Assembly: GCA_951406725.2 (NCBI GenBank)
Contig: OX597815.1
Location: forward strand, 111,166,001 to 111,230,000
From: Octopus vulgaris
Lineage: Eukaryota
DNA length: 64,000 nt
Direction of reading: 5' to 3'
The position numbers and the translations under genes are program-made. This document shows positions 40,667 to 54,400 of this stretch, piece by piece. Numbering within the stretch: position 1 is the first letter of the stretch; the number at the start of each line of letters is the position of its first letter. Below the pieces are notes generated by a model. That model was not told where the DNA came from. It worked only from the letters and a program-made list of their open reading frames with translations, and ran no database searches.

Positions 40667-41058
40667 GTGAATACAGTCAATGGCATCCTATATATGTATA
40701 CACATGTACGTATATATACAAATATCTATGCGTGTGTTTGGATATTTATGACTGTACATGTAAATGAGCAAAAAGTGTGAGATATTTCGAACAAATACTT
40801 CAGAAAGATACGGATAGAAATCCTGTCCAGTAGAAAAAAGAACAAATGAAACAATAATTTTCAAAGAATCAGAAGAGATAAAGAGAAAGAAGAGAATGAT
40901 AAGTGTTATGTGTTGCGAGGAAATCGAGTTGGCGACAGGACAGACGAGAAAACAAAATATGCAACGTTTTAGAAAGATAAAGTATGATGAAAGGAGATAA
41001 GTAGGTAGAATGGAAGCATATATAAATATATATATATATATATTTAAAGGTTTATATG

Positions 41059-41100
<42 letters not shown>

Positions 41101-41499
41101 TTTCTTTACTTGTTTCAGTATATATATATATAAAAAGCAAAATAGGGAATAGTGGTTCCACGCAGGAACAAATATAGGAAAATGTGTTGTTAAAAATGCA
41201 CTTAAATTTCGAAAGCTCCTAAATGTTTAAAATACATTTATTTACATATATACCATACTAGTTTTTTGTTTAGCAATGGTAAATGTGTAAAACGAGAAAA
41301 AAAACATCATTATAAGTTTCAATGTTGACAAATCAAAATGTTTCAATGTTGATAAATTAAAATGTTTCAATGTTGATAAATTATCATGTTCAAAACATAA
41401 GATGTAAATTTGAAATGAAAACTGTGTATTAATTTGTTAGAATGTACAATGTTCATTAATTTCAGTGGTGGCGACAAGTCATGGTGAAAAAAAAAAAAA

Positions 41500-43145
41500 A
41501 AAAAAAAACAAGTGTGAGAATTAAAATAGTAAGAAAAGGAAATTAGGTTTACGGTTTCTCAGAACTTCTTTAAATAGTCGCTTTCGCTTGTAATGGTATG
41601 TTTAGGGAAAGATGTATTTATAATTTTTTTTTTCTGTGAGCGGATCCGATTTTGATTCGTTAAAAAATTCATGAGGTTTTTTTTTTCTCCGTGGTCAAGC
41701 TTGTCGTTCTGCTTGGTTGGTTTCCTTGCGGATACGGTTATAGGTCGTTCCGGTTGGTTGGTTCTCTCAAAGAGTCTTTTCGTTGTATTCGCCGAAGTTC
41801 GGTTTTAATTGATTTGGAATTATGTGACATCAGCAACAGGTGTTTGTGTAATTTCATTGGACTGGAGGTGGGTGACGTCAGCATCATGTGTTTGTGTGGT
41901 GATTTGGAGCTGCGGTTTCGAAACGCAGGTGGAAGATTGTTACTAAAATTTCATTGTTTTTTTGTATTGAAATTGGGTGTTTTTTTCTCTTCTTTATACT
42001 GCTTTTTTCTTCATTCTAAAGGATATTTAGCTGTGGTTTATATTTTTTAATCAGTGTATTTTCCTTATTTAAATGGAATTGGGTTGAAGTGTTTCCAGTG
42101 CAATGATAGAGAGGCAAGATTTGGTATTAAGGGTCTTTGTCTACGGGGCATTGGTCTAGGTGCTGGCTAAAGGGAATTTTCCTAGTTGTGGGGTCCCGGA
42201 TTTGTTGTCTATGCACCGTAAGTCTATCCCTCAAAGTTAAGCTTGCTTGACCAATGTAGTCTCCACCACAACCTCCACATTTAAGAACATAGATTAAGTT
42301 CTTCGAAGAAGGGGAAGTCATGTTTTATGGTAAATTTAGGCCTGACTTAAATTTGCATGTTGAGCCCTCTAAGAGAAAGATGCAAGTTCCGCAGTTAGGG
42401 CGGTTGCATTTTTTGACTTGTGGGGTTGTATTTTTGGTGGGTAATTTGGCGCTGGTGAGTAATTTTTTAGAAATTGCTGTTGTCTCTTGCTTTTAATAAT
42501 CCTATGTGTTTCTAGTGCCTTTTTCATTCGTGGGTCCTTCATAAGAATGGGTATATTTTGGTGGATGATGTTGTATGCTTCCTGGTTTCTTGGATTGTGT
42601 GTTGATACGTAAGATAAAGTTTTAAGTGTGTCATGGTGTTTTCTACTTTTCCGTAACTCTTGGATGTCTATCATTTTTGCACGTTATATATCATTTTTGA
42701 TTAAACTGACCGGGAATTTCCTATCTATTAATGAGGTTTTAAGTTCCTGGAGTCGCTTTTCTCGGGTTTCGGGATTTGATGCAATCGTGCAAATTCTTTT
42801 CGCTAAGTTGAACGGTATATTTACTTTAGCATGTTTTGTGTGACTAGAGGAGAATAGGAGATATTGTGTTGAATCTGTTGGTTTGAAGATTTCGGTTTCA
42901 ACGGCAGTATCTCTCTATTATTAAGATGCTCAAGAAGGGTAGTTGTTGGTGGTTGTATTCCATAGTGAATTGGATACTGTCGTTAATGCTGTTGATTAAG
43001 TTTTTACATTTTGTGAGTTATTCAATGTTATGTGGGCAAAGGATGAAACAGTCATCCAAGTAGTGTTTCCAGTTGGTAAGTATTTTTGAAGATTTCCCCA
43101 AATTTTAATCTAGCGTGTTCGTATATTTGGACTTCCAAGTATGCC
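41500..43145 (-). mobile_element. Penelope-like element (decayed RT and GIY-YIG endonuclease)
   Basis: WKHYLDDCFI (YLDD at 43062-43051); NIPFNLAKRICTI; NLIYVLKCGGCGGDYIGQ..RLTVHRQQI (ORF 42127-42321). Confidence 0.92.
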
Positions 43146-43193
<48 letters not shown>

Positions 43194-43340
43194 GTTTTGG
43201 TAGCGAGAAGATCCAAAATGGCAAGTACGACTATAAGACTATGTAAATGCTATGGAAGGACTGCAGGTGTAAGACTAAATTTCCCTTTATAACTCTTAGA
43301 AACCTCACACTCCCTTGGCTGTGTTGTTTCATATTATTTA

Positions 43341-43384
<44 letters not shown>

Positions 43385-43424
43385 GTGTGTGTGTATGTGT
43401 GTATGTTAAATAATATATATATAT

Positions 43425-43630
43425 CATCGTGATCACCGTGACCGACAAGACTACCAGATGTTGCTACACATCGCTGGCCACTATGCGCATCGCATTGTTT
43501 TAGCCTTCAAATAACGTCCCCCGCTGGCTAAGCGAGCAGGCCAACAGAAGAAAGAGTGAGAGAAAATTGTGACGAAAAAGTACAGCAGCGATCGCCACCA
43601 CCCCCTGCTGGCGCGTCGTGGAGCTCAATA
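43425..43630. mobile_element. Short interspersed repeat fragment, possibly RTE-associated
   Basis: GC-richer 200-bp block between microsatellites; family assignment is from recollection only. Confidence 0.4.
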
Positions 43631-44894
43631 AACACTCACAACGCCCTATAAATACATGCATATATATACATGTAATTATATGAATGTGTGTGGGTATGTG
43701 CGTGTGTATGTATGCGTGTATGTTTGTGTGTTTGTGTGTGTGTGTGTGTGTGCGTGTATGTGCTTGTATGCTTAAAAAACCTTGATAGTGATACTCCTAC
43801 AGAGACGCAGCTCCTTGACTGAAACAACAAAACGATAACATGGATGTATCTCTCTCTCTCTCTCTCATTCTATGTAATTATCTACCTACCTACCTATTTA
43901 TTTATTTATTTATTTATCTATTTATATGAGTATAGAGGCTCTTGCTACGTTTCTGGTGGGAGTTAAGAGTACACCTTTATGTCGTACAACGTTGCTCTCT
44001 AAGAATATATACACACACACTACAGCGTTACACACTGATATGTGTGCATGCATTTATACGCAGATACATATATACATACGTTCCCACATACGTATTGTAT
44101 AAGAAGTTGAATCAGAATTTACACATATTCATATACATATAAGTAGACTCTCGAGTTGAAAGACACTGAGAAAATCGTTTAGAAGATATATTACATACGG
44201 GATGACGTATATCTGCAAATACATTTTGTGGCTAAATGCTGAATGCAAGATATTTGAATAATGTAAGTTATTTCTTTAGAAGTTATTGACAGAATTTAAA
44301 GTAACTTAACCCTTAACTGACGTGTAGAGCTTGATTATTACTATGAACAATATAGAAAAGTTACAAGAGAATTTACAGCTCGTACAACACGCAGTGTCAT
44401 CGGAAGCCATCCACACGAAATGAAATTAAAAGCAAAAATATACGTACAAGCCTTGCTGCAAATATTATATTTTCATTCACCCCTCTTATTTTATTCAGCT
44501 ACATTCATTTGTATGTATGTATGTATGCATGTATGTATGTATGTATGTATGTATGTATGTATGTATGTATGTATGTATGTATGTATGCATGTATGTACAT
44601 TTTGTAACTGTGTGTGTGTATATGTTTGTGTGTGTGTGCGCGCACGCCTCTGGGCTTAACAAGGAAATTTTCAAGCAGAAAGGGGAAAAAAATATTACTT
44701 ACTCTGTATTATTGTACAGCTTTATCATATTTATTGAAAGCTGTAATTTTCGAAGAGCAATTTTGGGGGCTTTCAAGTTTTCTGTTTTATAAAATTTTTC
44801 AATATAATCGTTCAGTCAGTAATTTCGAAATTTCGCCAGCGGTAGGTTATTCATCACAGGAAGATAAAATTAGTTTTACATATATGAATAACAC

Positions 44895-45560
44895 TGCCTA
44901 ATATTGGTTTCAAATTTTGGCACAAGACCAGCAATTTCAGTAGACTAAGTAAATCGATTACATCGACCCACCCAAGTGTTCAACTGGTACTTATTCTATC
45001 GAACCCGAAGTATGAACGGCAAAGTCGACTAAAGATGGACTAAATGGTGCAAAGCATTTTTCCCGGCGCTGTAACGATTTTAACAGCTCGCTGTCATAGC
45101 AATGACTAGCATTGTCTCAAATTTTGGCAAAAGGCTTGCAAGTTCGAGCGACAGGGTAAATCAATTACATTGATCTCAATACTCGACTGGTACTTATTTT
45201 ATTGCCCCGAAATAATTGAAAATAAAGTCGACCTTGGCGAACTTTGAACTCGGAACGCAAAGACGGATGAAATGCTGTCATGCACTTTTTCTGCGTGGTA
45301 ATCATTCTGATTGCTTGCCACCTTAATATTGCCTTATATTGGTTTCCTATTTTCGCAGCTTACCAGCAATTTCGAGGGAAGTAAGAAGTCGATTACATCA
45401 ACCCCCAGTACTCAACTGGTACTTATTTTATTGACCCTGGGAGGATAAAAAGCAAAGTCAACCTCGGTGGAATTTGAAATCAGAACGCAAAGACGGACGA
45501 AATGGCGCTAATTAAATTTTTAGGCGGGTCATGATACTGCCAGCTTGGTTCCTTAATATT
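44895..45560 (-). mobile_element. Three head-to-tail family B SINE copies
   Basis: Unit ..cagcaatttc..gattacat..actggtacttatt..aaagtcgac..aagacgga.. recurs about every 215 bp. Confidence 0.85.
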
Positions 45561-46327
45561 GTCTAATGTTAAAGAGAAGATTGTAGTAATAAAAAATTTA
45601 AATGTTAAGCATAGAAAAAGGTAATTACTGGGACAAAGAACGGTGGCGAGAATATAATTTTAGGTGAACATGCTCATGGTTAAACAGGAGAGAGATTAAA
45701 TGTAACACTGAAATGACTGTGTGAGTAGTCATAGGGAGCATTTAGAGATTCGAAAAACCTTCTGGGGGTTAGTGTTTTGAGTGTTGTAGCAAATCATTAT
45801 TATATTGGGTATGAAAAGTCGCACGCGCAAATTGCAAATAGAGGCATGCATACGCAAATGTGCGCGTGCAAGCACATACTCACGCACACAGACACTCACA
45901 CAAACGCATACGCATATATGCATATATATATATACATGTATGCATATAATGATACATACCTGCAGCTCGAACAGTTTGCGTTTGCAATCCAAGAGCAGGA
46001 AATAGCCACATGACATCTCATTAACAAACAGGATATCGAAGTTTCTTAAAATCCCTCGAAGCATCTGCAATTGTCGATTAAGTCGCAATTCTATGGAAGA
46101 CATAAAACATGCAATCGGTAGCTGCCCTTCAACATCAACGTGATATTACCTCTCATTGCATATGAAACTTTTGTAATTCAATATACAATGCTCTTCGCAG
46201 AAAGCACTGTTCTGCAATAGATATAAACGACGCCTCTGATATGGAGTGCATAGAAGCACATTTACACATATACACACATACACATCACATATAGATACAT
46301 ACTGTGGAAATCAACTGCTAAGCGGAA

Positions 46328-46377
<50 letters not shown>

Positions 46378-46378
<1 letters not shown>

Positions 46379-46670
46379 AGCACTCCGTCGGTTACGAGGA
46401 CGAGGGTCCCAGCTGATACGATCAATGGAACAGCCTGCTTATTAAATTGAAATTAACGTGCAAGTGACTGAGCAATCCACAGACACGCGTACCCACAACG
46501 TAGTTCTCAGGGATATTCAGCGTGACACAAAGTGTGACAAAGCCGGCCCTTTGCAATACAGGTACTCATTTTTGCCAGCTGAGTGGACTAGAGTAGCGTG
46601 AAATAAAGTGTCTTGCTCAAGGACACAACGCGTCGCCGGGAATCGAACTCACGACCTTACAATCGTATGA
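46378..46670 (-). mobile_element. tRNA-derived SINE (family C)
   Basis: Antisense head gctcaaggacacaacgcgtcgccgggaatcgaactc; second copy at 57210-57520. Confidence 0.85.
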
Positions 46671-46689
46671 GCATATTTAGACATGCAAT

Positions 46690-46860
46690 ACATGCATGAG
46701 AATACATGCATACAAAATTACTCTGTTGATATCGAAATTCCAATAAAGGAGCCTTGGATCTAGGTTAGAAACTGACTCTTCCTCTATTGGCCAGAAATCT
46801 CGAAATATAATTCAATAATGGTATTCATACATATATACATGCATGCATACATACATAATC
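46690..46860 (+). mobile_element. 3'-UTR fragment of the R4/Dong element at 52500-54010
   Basis: gaaatt..ccttggatctaggttagaaac..ctctatt..aaatct shared with 53905-54010. Confidence 0.8.
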
Positions 46861-47732
46861 TCACATCAACATAAAATATATTGCACTTGACAACATAAGA
46901 AAGTATTGATTTATTGTGGAACATCCTAGTCAGAAATTCCACCAAGTGTACATATAACAATATATAGTTATTTAGGGCAAAAAAGAAGGTCATGTACTGT
47001 CATATAAGTTAGTTTAACTTATCAAAATCAGAAAGAAAGAAAATAGTTTTGGACTGTTATTTCGAAAACTGCAGTTCATCTACCCTAATTATAGATTCCC
47101 ATTTGTACTAATAATCTTTGGTGTACGTGTTTAGATGACATGCAGCTTAGTGGTTAGGGTGTTCCGATCAAAATTGTAGATTCGATTCCCAGACCAGATG
47201 AGGAGTTATGCTTTACAGCAAAACGTTTCATCTTACGTTGATCTGGGATCACTCCTATAACTGACGTGTGGCACACGGCACACCTGTACAAGTAATGTCG
47301 ATTTAATGGAGGGAGTGAGCTAATGTACAGCACAAGCATTTACCCCAAGAGTCAAATTATTTGTGCAGGTTGATTAGTAATAATTTCAGATTCGTCTTTC
47401 TGAATATTCAATTACAATTCTACCTGGTTGTGTCAATCTGGGAAAGCTAGGATTTTCAAGCAAAGAGAGCGACAGACACGAATTTTACAAATGTAATCAA
47501 TAAATGAAATAGTAAAGATATGCCCGACATTTAAAAATTCGTTATTCCTCTCATCCAATTACCAGTGATGGTGCTTTGTTCCTTTGTGAGAAATCACCTG
47601 ATTCGTTCTAGAATGAATAGTTACATGTATAAATATAAAGGTATACATACATATATTCATAAATATATACACAAATATTTATTGCCTGTTCTAGGATCTA
47701 AAACTCCTCATATGTAATTTTCGTAAAATATT

Positions 47733-47813
47733 TCCCTGATGAGAAATGAATTTTTATTAAAACGTGAAGTTTTATAAATTTATTATTGGGTTTGAATCGA
47801 AACAACTGTAGGA
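47733..47813 (+). ncRNA. Hammerhead-like motif with long AT-rich stem II (Penelope pLTR)
   Basis: tcc-CTGATGA-g (47736)...c-GAAAC-aact-GTA-gga (47799-47813). Confidence 0.55.
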
Positions 47814-47999
47814 TTATAATATTTATATTTATATTATATTATAATAATTATATAATATTATTTTAATAAAATATGGCAATCGTAAATCTCCGTTTTCTTT
47901 TTATTTTTGTTAATATATACACACATATATATACGTCATGTTACAATCGTGCTTAAAAGGAGATGATGCTGTCATAGGTCACAATATATTGGATACAAA

Positions 48000-48200
48000 A
48001 GTTTTCTACAGAAAAGTTGGACATACTTGCCCAAGGGAAAAGACCATATTACTGAAATAAAACTGCTATCACCATGCAAAAGATACTTGACAACTTTTAG
48101 CACTTAAACAAGAACATGTGAGAAAGTATTCTTTTCGGTATTGGGTCGTATTTTGAAGCCATCAGATAATTTTTATAAAATCTTTTCTGTCGTCAAAAGT
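48000..48200 (+). mobile_element. Possible hAT dimerisation-domain remnant
   Basis: KRYLTTFST*TRTCEKVFFSVLGRILKP; weak. Confidence 0.3.
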
Positions 48201-48685
48201 TTCCCAAATTTTCTGTACTGATGTTATTTTGTATGTTAGGGACAAAAATAATGGGCCTTCTCTGAAAAATTCATAATAAAAATAATAGATGCTTTTGAAT
48301 TTTGAAATTTTAGCCAATCGGAATATTCTATTGCCGAAATATCGGAACACGCAATTTCCATCAGCTGATAAGAACATGAAAGCATTACAAAACTTTAAAA
48401 AACAGATTTTATTAAATAAAAAGAATTAATGAAAAGAAAATAAAAATTACGAATATGAAATAGTCTATCTGCAAAATTTCACCATTGCTCTCGTCTCACT
48501 TTGAAGATTTGAAGATGAAATTTAAGCAGCCATATACTAGTCTCTGGTTACGCTTCTTGTCGCATCATAAGAAAATTAGTCGTAAATTTGAACAACAAAC
48601 TAAGCTGAAACGCATACAGATCCTTAATGCATCCCAGTTCAGAGAATCTATAACCATTATTCTTCTCTTACCTAAATTTTCCAGG

Positions 48686-49480
48686 TTATTTTCCTTGAAT
48701 GCTGCTGCTCACTGTGGTTTCTGTGCATAAAACAAGCATTGAAACCCCCCAGATATTCATCTGAGAAATACTGAATGACATGATAACCATGATTATTTGA
48801 CTTGCATCAAAAAGCTTAAAATCTATTCTTTCTAACGTCACCGTGAGCACGACATTATTTGCACAATGAAGAAAATATTCCTTCAAGCCTGATCGAACGA
48901 TACTAGTATCAAGTTCACGAGACATTAAACACTTGTCCCCAGAAACATAATTCTCCACAATAATCGAGTTCACATTACATAGCAGTATTGCTTGATATAT
49001 TTGTTTTTACCTCTAGCATTCCTGATTTGTTAAATATTATTCCGAAATAAATAACGATGAAAAATACACCTAAACTAAAAAGAAAGTACGTGGACAGATT
49101 CCTTCAGAAAATACCGGAGAAAACCCACAAGACATGCATATATTTTGGAGAAAAAAACCACCCTGTTGCGTGGGCTAACGTGTTCTTAAAGACCTGCGAC
49201 AGGTGTTGCTATTAAGATAGACACGGTCTCAACTAATAATGGCCAAAACATATGTAAGTTATTCATATTAAGTGTTAGAGGCAGCTCAATAATGTAAATA
49301 TTATCAATATATTTCTTAACGTACAGGTTCTTAAACACCAGGACCCGCGGCTTTTCGTCTGGGAACAATTCTTTTTAAGATGCTGTGTCAAAATACAAAA
49401 GTGTAGGTCGAAACAAAATCGCTTCCCTTGAACGAGAGCGGCGGAAGATATCGGTTTTACGCAACATCTTGCTGCTTATG
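48686..49480 (-). mobile_element. Decayed Chapaev3-like transposase
   Basis: YLPPL (~49450), FP..K..VF, GLKEYFLH (consensus SLKIHFLH), FSDEY.GGF (consensus SDEHGERF), IQGK. Confidence 0.5.
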
Positions 49481-49818
49481 AATGCCGCAAAATCGCATCG
49501 TTTTGGAAATTAAATCGAAATCGTTTCCTGAAGTATATATAAATAACGTAAAAATTATTTTCTGATTTGCAATTGTGTCACGTAATTAGAATAATTCAAA
49601 TTATGCATTAGATGCAGCTCAATAATCTAAACATTTTCAAAATCACATATTTGTGTGTGCAGTTAAACGTATTGTGAGTGATAAAGGCGAGTGTTAAAAG
49701 ACATTTTCTGTATATACATATTCTTATATATACATACACACGTATACATATACATATATACACACACATACACACATGCACGCACACACACGTATATGTA
49801 GGCGCAAATATATGTATA

Positions 49819-49877
<59 letters not shown>

Positions 49878-50282
49878 ATGTGTGTGTGTATCCATGTATC
49901 AATGCAAAAAGAAACTTCAAATTTAGCTATATCTAATATGTTGTATACAAGAAAAAACTAATCCATTAAATTGTTTCAGATCTCCTATGAACTTCTCTTT
50001 GTAAAATATCATCTGATATTTCATATGTTAGCATGTTGTTAAAACTTGATCCATTATTATGAACAGAATATCGCTTTTTATGAACCTAATATATATATGT
50101 GACTTGTCAGTAACTTTATGTTGTGCTAGAAATAGGATAGAGAATGACAGCTCTCTGGAGAAAGGGCTTGTTTATAATTGCATTTACATTGTAAGAGAGA
50201 GTCTTAGCCTTAGTAAACACCATCAATCACCTTGATATACAAAGACAGACTAAAAAATCAACAACAGTTGAATATATTCAAT

Positions 50283-50340
<58 letters not shown>

Positions 50341-50936
50341 TGCAGATATGTCAGAAATTTTCTGGGACCTGCTGTCTCCTTAGAGTTTTATATTGCGAAC
50401 ACAGCCGCGCACACATGCATAAATACTCATATATAAACATACGAATTCAAGCGTTTTTATCTAAAAGTATGCATATTCATGAAAGTATACACACCTGTAC
50501 CATACATCGCTTTCGTCTGTGGAAGATATACACACACATTCTCATACACGCATTATGATACGTATACGAACACCTATCTTTGTGAAGGCATAGATACATA
50601 CAAACAAACATTGATTCATTCATACATACACTAAAAATATCTCACGAGACACAGTCTACGATATCTCGAAGAATATACCAATAAATATAATTGAATGCGA
50701 GCTCTTCGTAAAAATAATTTCTTACTATTCTGTACACACAAACACACACATATACAGACAAATATATGAGGTAAGATTCGACAGAACATATTACTCTCCA
50801 AATAAAAAATCATGTTCAAGCAGACATATATATATATATATAGGGAGAGTTCACGAAAACAAAACAAAAGACAAAGACAGGTGGTGTATAAAACAAACAT
50901 TTGTATTAGTATAACGCTCAGGAAATTGAAAACATC

Positions 50937-50970
50937 TTTAACGTTTCGAGCCTACGCTCTTCTGCAGAAA
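50937..50970 (-). ncRNA. Minimal hammerhead-like motif (A6C variant) in a Penelope pLTR fragment
   Basis: Reverse complement ttt-CTGCAGA-a-gagc-gtag-gctc-GAAAC-GTT-aaa. Confidence 0.55.
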
Positions 50971-51036
50971 CGGATACAGAAAAAACAATCAAGGAGAGAA
51001 AGAAGGAGACAAAAAAAAATGATAACCTTGACTATT

Positions 51037-52002
51037 TGCAACAAGAGTTTGCACCATGCCACACAAGCATAAGAACCCAGTCGTGGCTAGAGAACATTTT
51101 TTTATTTAAAATTAAATAAGGGTAGAAATTGTCATTAATCTATTAAGACCAGTGGCCTAGCATATTTTAAAAAATCCGAAGATTACTCCGTATCTAATTC
51201 TGAAAATTGTGTTTCGTAAACGACACTATGAACTACATGAAACGACACTATGAACTACGTAAACGACACTATGAACTACATGAACATAAAATTATGAATG
51301 TATTTGAATGTCCGGAATGATTGTAGTTACGTTTTATTTCAAAAGATACTTCTGGTTTATCGCTTTCAATTCTACTCGTACGTTTCTTGATCTAATGTTG
51401 CAAATGTTGATGATAATGATGGTGATAATGATTGTGGTAATTATAATAATCGGTAATACCTAGAAAATACCGTCCACATACTTATTAGTTTCCATTTATT
51501 ATATCTTTAAACCCACTCTAACTTAGGAGTTGCAACTTAGTTTTTAATGTTTATATGTTACTGTTTATATGAAGCTGTGTGGTAAGACATTTGCTTCTCT
51601 ACCACAATGTTTCGGGTTCCGTCCCACTGCATGGAGCCAAGGGCAAGTATCTACTGTTATAGCCTAGGGCCGATCAAAGCCTTGTGAGTGAATTTTCCCT
51701 GCGGAACATGAAAGAAGCCCGTAGTACACACACACACACATATATATGCATCAGTATGGCCACAGCTCTGAGCTGAAACTAGAAAAGAAAATAATATATG
51801 TATATATGGCAACAGGAGTCTGCACCATGCCACACAAGCATAAGAACCCAGTCGTGGCTAGAGAACATTTTTTTATTTAAAATTAAATGAGGGTAGAAAT
51901 TGTTATTAATCTATTAAGACCAGTGGCCTAGCATATTTTCAAAAATCCGATGATTACTCTGTAACTAATTCTGGAAATTGTGTTTCGTAAACGACAGACT
52001 AT
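51037..52002 (+). repeat. ~195-bp near-identical direct repeat (51037-51230 and 51809-52002)
   Basis: gcaaca.gagt.tgcaccatgccacacaagcataagaaccc...gtaaacgaca at both sites; a family A SINE fragment (51572-51790) lies between. Confidence 0.92.
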
Positions 52003-52411
52003 GCTGACTATGTATGTATGTATGTATGTATGTATGTATGTATGTATGTATGTCCAGCAGCTGAAGTGACTATATAGTTTAAAATTTAGATTCGCAACCA
52101 CGTGATTCAGTATTAGTCTTAGTTTACGGCACCTAATGCAAATATTTTTGCCATATCCCTTGGCAAATCAATGCCATCTACGTGAGTTTATACAGAGAAT
52201 ATGAGTGGACACCGGTCAAAAGTGTGTGAGCGTGCATGCACGTCTTTGTATTTTCACTTGTCAGCCTCACTGCCTTACAATCGGTTTTGTATTGTTTATG
52301 GTTAGGGTTAGCAAAAGAATTTGGTAGCAAAAAATATAGGCTTTAAATGAGCATTGGGTCGATTGTTTCCCTTATACCTTTTGATGGTCCCCCCGAAAAA
52401 GTCACAATAGA

Positions 52412-52458
<47 letters not shown>

Positions 52459-52499
52459 CCATACATACATACATATATACATACATACATATATCTAGG

Positions 52500-54010
52500 G
52501 GTGGTTGAAAACATATCTTACAATGGCACCTATAGCAAAACACCTGTTACTAAAGAATATTACAGCTAAATAAAGAAAATTTGGACCTCAGAACTCTCTG
52601 CATTCTATAAAACAGTGGCCCATGATGTGTTTGCAGAGGCAGTAATCACACCAATATGTGGGCTGCTGGATGGGACGCTTGATGTTAAAACCCGAAATCT
52701 ACTAACAAGCATGCATAATTTCCACATAAACAGTGATGTAGACCGCCTCTACCTAAGACAAAAACAAAGCAGCAAAGGCTTAACATTGATCCAAAATGCC
52801 TTTGAATGTTGTATTATATCCCTTCGGCAACATCTTTTAACCATCAAGTGTCGATGTGTGTCCCTTGACTAAGCTTGCATACATGAAGCTGATAACATCA
52901 TAAGACATGGAATGCAGTTCATTGAGCAACATTCCTTGACTGATAACCTTAAATACACGTCCAAAGAAGTCGCACGACTCTGCCGCAACGTATCTCAGAT
53001 GAAAGGAGGAGCAAATATGAGCAGATAACTATGCATAGATGTGTTACTAGAAAGCTCCGAGGTGACAGTAACATTGATCATCAAAGCAGTCTATCATGGA
53101 CCAATAACTGGATTATTACCTCCGTCTTTGAAGGGCACGCGTTTGCAACCCAGGAACAGGAAATATCAACCAAATACCTGGTGCAGAAAAGGGATATAGA
53201 TGCAGGAAAAGTCGTAAAATGCGAGAACTGACGCTTACTTTGTGGATTTAGCATCGATGATATCGCCCATATCATAAGTAGCTGTCCGAAAATGTCATCA
53301 CTTTTTTATCTACCAATGGGACATAATGTAGCTGGGATAATCTCTAAGGAAACCATGCCATAGCCACTCATATTAAGGAGTATTGGTGGAATGTCCCAGC
53401 ATAAACCTCAATGAAATCTAAGCTCAACAGACCTGATATGCTGATTAGCGAGAGAGAAGAGAAAGTTTGTACATTTGTGGAAATTAGCTGCCCAGCCGAT
53501 GTTAACATAAAGCTGAAGATAAGTGAAAAAGTGAATACCTACGCTAAACTACTGAGGAATCTGAAGTTACTCAATCCAGATTACAAGTTGAGGTTTATAC
53601 CTGTAATAATTGGATCCCTGGGATGTGTAACCTATTGTTTAAATACCAATCTTGAGGAAGTGAGCTTCTCAAAGCCAGAAAGGAGAAAGCTTATTCGAAG
53701 ACTGCAGATCCAATCCATCACTGGAACTGTAAAAATCTGTAAAACTTTCCAGAAGTTTATAATTTAAATATATATATAAGCATATCTGGATATGCAAGTA
53801 TATATATGAGAATACATACATAAAACAAAATCTGCACAAATATTTACATACATACATACATACATGCATACATACATACATACATACATACATACATACA
53901 TACCCTGTTGTTGATGTTGAAATTCGAATGAAGGAACCTTGGATCTAGGTTAGAAACCGGCTCTTTCTCTATTAGCAAGAAATCTTGAAATAAAACTGAG
54001 TAATGACATA
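52500..54010 (+). mobile_element. R4/Dong-type LINE 3' part with 3' UTR
   Basis: NFHINSDVDRLYL, ATQEQEISTKY, HIISSCPK, NRPDMLI..VEISCPAD..FIPVIIGSLG; (TACA)n in and after the UTR. Confidence 0.9.
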
Positions 54011-54149
54011 CATACATACATGCACTCACTTTCTTTCGCACACATAAACCTACACATACACATAAACAGACACACACACAGACACACACACAAACACACA
54101 AAACGAAAACAGACACAAATTAAAACACGCACGCATTGAACATGGATGA

Positions 54150-54400
54150 ACATTCGTTCACAATATCACAGAATCATTCAAATTACTATTAAACACAAGA
54201 AATTCACTACAGAACAGAAAATTGTATGTTTTTCTCTACCCTCTTTGTTACATTCATTTCAGCTCAGAAGGACATATACTGTTGCGTAAAATGGCACCAA
54301 TTCTGATTTAGTAACCTTACGATCAAAAGCTTTACAACAGTTACTAACAAATGATATTTTACTACATCTACGACTCTATTCAAAGTAACATTTCTTTATA
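54150..54400 (+). pseudogene. pPolB N-terminal Zn-finger-like fragment
   Basis: FKLLLNTRNSLQNRKLYV..PLCYIHFSSEGHI vs recalled SRLL..S.H..K.Y.C.RCL.HF.SE. Confidence 0.45.

Larger units (their letters stand above)
46870..50270 (-). pseudogene. Fragmented pPolB relic (endonuclease VII type); pieces at 50270-49905, 47610-47340 and 47090-46870
   Basis: KVTDKSHI, VHNNGSSFN (ExoII-like), WISF..NLKFL; then LERIR, motif A-like ISFIDY..NSCLSLSL; then KL.TNLYD..ALNNYILL..FHNKSIL.YV. Pieces are in gene order around later insertions. Confidence 0.55.
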
